Assembly (NCBI GenBank): GCA_016223045.1
Contig: JACRPT010000145.1
Location: 12,040-76,039, forward strand
Direction: 5' to 3'
Source of the DNA: Candidatus Eiseniibacteriota bacterium
GTDB taxonomy: Bacteria > Eisenbacteria > RBG-16-71-46
Length of the DNA: 64,000 nt
Positions 62,196-64,000 of the stretch are shown one piece after another (position 1 is the stretch's first letter; every line of letters starts with the position of its first letter). Both the position numbers and the translations under genes were made by a program. Below the pieces are notes generated by a model, which ran no database searches, was not told the DNA's origin, and saw nothing but the letters and a program-made list of their open reading frames with translations.

Positions 62196-63074
62196 GTGAT
62201 GGCGTTCCAGGGGGCCGGAGAGCCGGCCCGAGAGTTGCCCGAGCAGGGCCCCGACCCGGCACCCACTTCCGGAGCGGCCGCGCCGCGCCGTCGCCCCGAC
62301 TGGCTGGTGGGCCCGGACGAGGGATTCGTCTCCGAGCTGGAGCGCAAGCAGAAGGAGCGCGAGCTGCTTCCGCGTCCCGTGCTGTTCCGGCCCGGCGGTG
62401 GGCCGCCGGTTCCGGTGGAGGCGCCGCCAGGACGCCCGGGCGAGCCCGCCTCGATCGAGGAGGAACCCCCGCCGCGCGAGCTCGACGTCGCGCCGCCGGC
62501 GCCCGAGCCTGCCGCCGCGCCCGTTGCGTGGAGTGCGGCCGCCAGCAGCCTGCCGCTGCCCCCGAGGCTGGCGCGCCCGAAGCGCCGCGTCGAGCCCGAG
62601 TTCGATGACCTGGAGATCCAGCCCGCCAAGCCGGAGTTCCCGTCCGGGAAGGAGGCTCCGGAGAAGCCCGCCGGACATGCGCTGGCCCCGCTCGAAGAGC
62701 CCTGGTGGGTGGTGTTCGGGGACAACCTCCGCCACGACTGGCGCATGCTGGTCGCGGCCGCGGCGGGGCTGGCCCTGCTCGTCGCGGGCCTGTGGCTGGT
62801 GCCCCGCCGGGATCCGGGCACGCCGCTCTCGGAGATCCGGAGTCATCCGGGGCAGTTCGACGGCCGTTCCGTGGTGGTGACCGGCAGCGTCGGCGACGTG
62901 TTCCCGCTGGGCGGGGGCCATGCCTTCTACTTTGTGCAAGGCCGCGACACCATCGTGGCCTTCACCCGCAGCCGCGTGCCGGTGCCGCGCCAGCGCCTCA
63001 GGCTGGAAGGCCAGATCAGCACCGGCTTCCTCGACGGCCTGCCGCGCCAGGCGCTGTTCGAAAAGCCCCGCTGA
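62196..63074 (+). CDS. Proline-rich, single-pass membrane-anchored hypothetical protein.
   Basis: GGGAGG RBS then GTGATG. Pro/Glu-rich N-terminal half, one TM helix (LVAAAAGLALLVAGLWLV), small C-terminal beta domain. Confidence 0.45.
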   Translation: MMAFQGAGEPARELPEQGPDPAPTSGAAAPRRRPDWLVGPDEGFVSELERKQKERELLPRPVLFRPGGGPPVPVEAPPGRPGEPASIEEEPPPRELDVAPPAPEPAAAPVAWSAAASSLPLPPRLARPKRRVEPEFDDLEIQPAKPEFPSGKEAPEKPAGHALAPLEEPWWVVFGDNLRHDWRMLVAAAAGLALLVAGLWLVPRRDPGTPLSEIRSHPGQFDGRSVVVTGSVGDVFPLGGGHAFYFVQGRDTIVAFTRSRVPVPRQRLRLEGQISTGFLDGLPRQALFEKPR

Positions 63075-63499
63075 GCCCGGCCGGCGCGCGCTCCCGCGCA
63101 TCCGGCAGCTTGCGTCCGTCCGCTCCCGCCCGTCCCTGAGCCCTGCCCGCGCGCCATCCCCGGCGCCCCGGCCAGCCCGACTTCCCGCTTGACATCACGG
63201 GGCCTTGCTGGCAAGTTGGCGCCGCTCGGCGGCCACTGCCAGTCACGCCGTGTCATTTGGGCAAAGCCGGCCCGGGAGGCCGCCTCGTGCAGGCTCCGGC
63301 AGGCTCCCGGTGCAGAATCTCAAGTCGAACCACTCCAGAAGGTTGAAAGGCTCGCCCGGCGAGCCAGCCGCGGGTCGCACCTGGCCTGCGGAATGGCGAC
63401 GCGCTGACTCGCATCTGCCGCCCCGGGAGCGCGGCGGCCGGTGCTGCAGCGGTCCCACATCCCAACGACGGCCCGTCCGGGCCGCTACCAGGAGGAATC

Positions 63500-64000
<501 letters not shown>

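Noticed and set aside
63100-63499. Looked for a CIRCE/HrcA operator (TTAGCACTC-N9-GAGTGCTAA) or a sigma32 promoter upstream of groES.
   Set aside because: No CIRCE-like inverted repeat found. Only weak TTGACA/TTGAAA-like hexamers and a CCCACAT element without convincing spacing, so no feature was called.

Overview
This is a ~70% GC chromosomal segment from a diderm (Gram-negative-type) bacterium, and it spans the replication-origin neighbourhood. The gene order dnaA-dnaN-DUF721-gyrB-(small OMP)-gyrA-rex has no recF, and two perfect DnaA boxes sit upstream of dnaA. A complete Pho regulon block (phoB-phoR, a Pho-box array, phosphate porin, pstSCAB, phoU) is present, with the groES-groEL start at the right edge. 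Housekeeping genes include ogt, thiL, an M16 peptidase pair, ABC transporters, HDAC-CorA, thioredoxin/DnaQ-like/peroxiredoxin and an ArfB-like rescue factor. Many alternative-frame ORFs in the supplied track are high-GC frame artefacts and were not called. Most gene junctions are 4-nt ATGA/GTGA overlaps, indicating translationally coupled operons. The non-routine content is as follows. (1) A sigma54-dependent response-regulator gene carries a 67-bp imperfect tandem duplication inside its receiver-domain codons, which frameshifts it. (2) A poly-gamma-glutamate-type synthetase operon (PgsB-PgsC) lacks CapA and is instead coupled by four consecutive ATGA overlaps to three uncharacterised proteins: a membrane-anchored 'system' protein, a periplasmic protein and an outer-membrane beta-barrel. 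(3) Three very large secreted beta-propeller proteins sit next to each other and all end in a FlgD-Ig/T9SS-type C-terminal sorting domain. One of them is a 1469-aa galactose-oxidase-like radical copper oxidase with an expanded propeller. (4) A LexA/CI-like XRE-HTH + S24-peptidase repressor has repeat-rich operator DNA and sits divergent to a two-gene cassette of unknown function; it is followed directly by the minimal ArfB-like gene. (5) There is a cupredoxin-lamin-tail-domain fusion. No rRNA, tRNA or CRISPR array was recognised. All calls rest on reading the sequence and motif recall only; no database search was possible.
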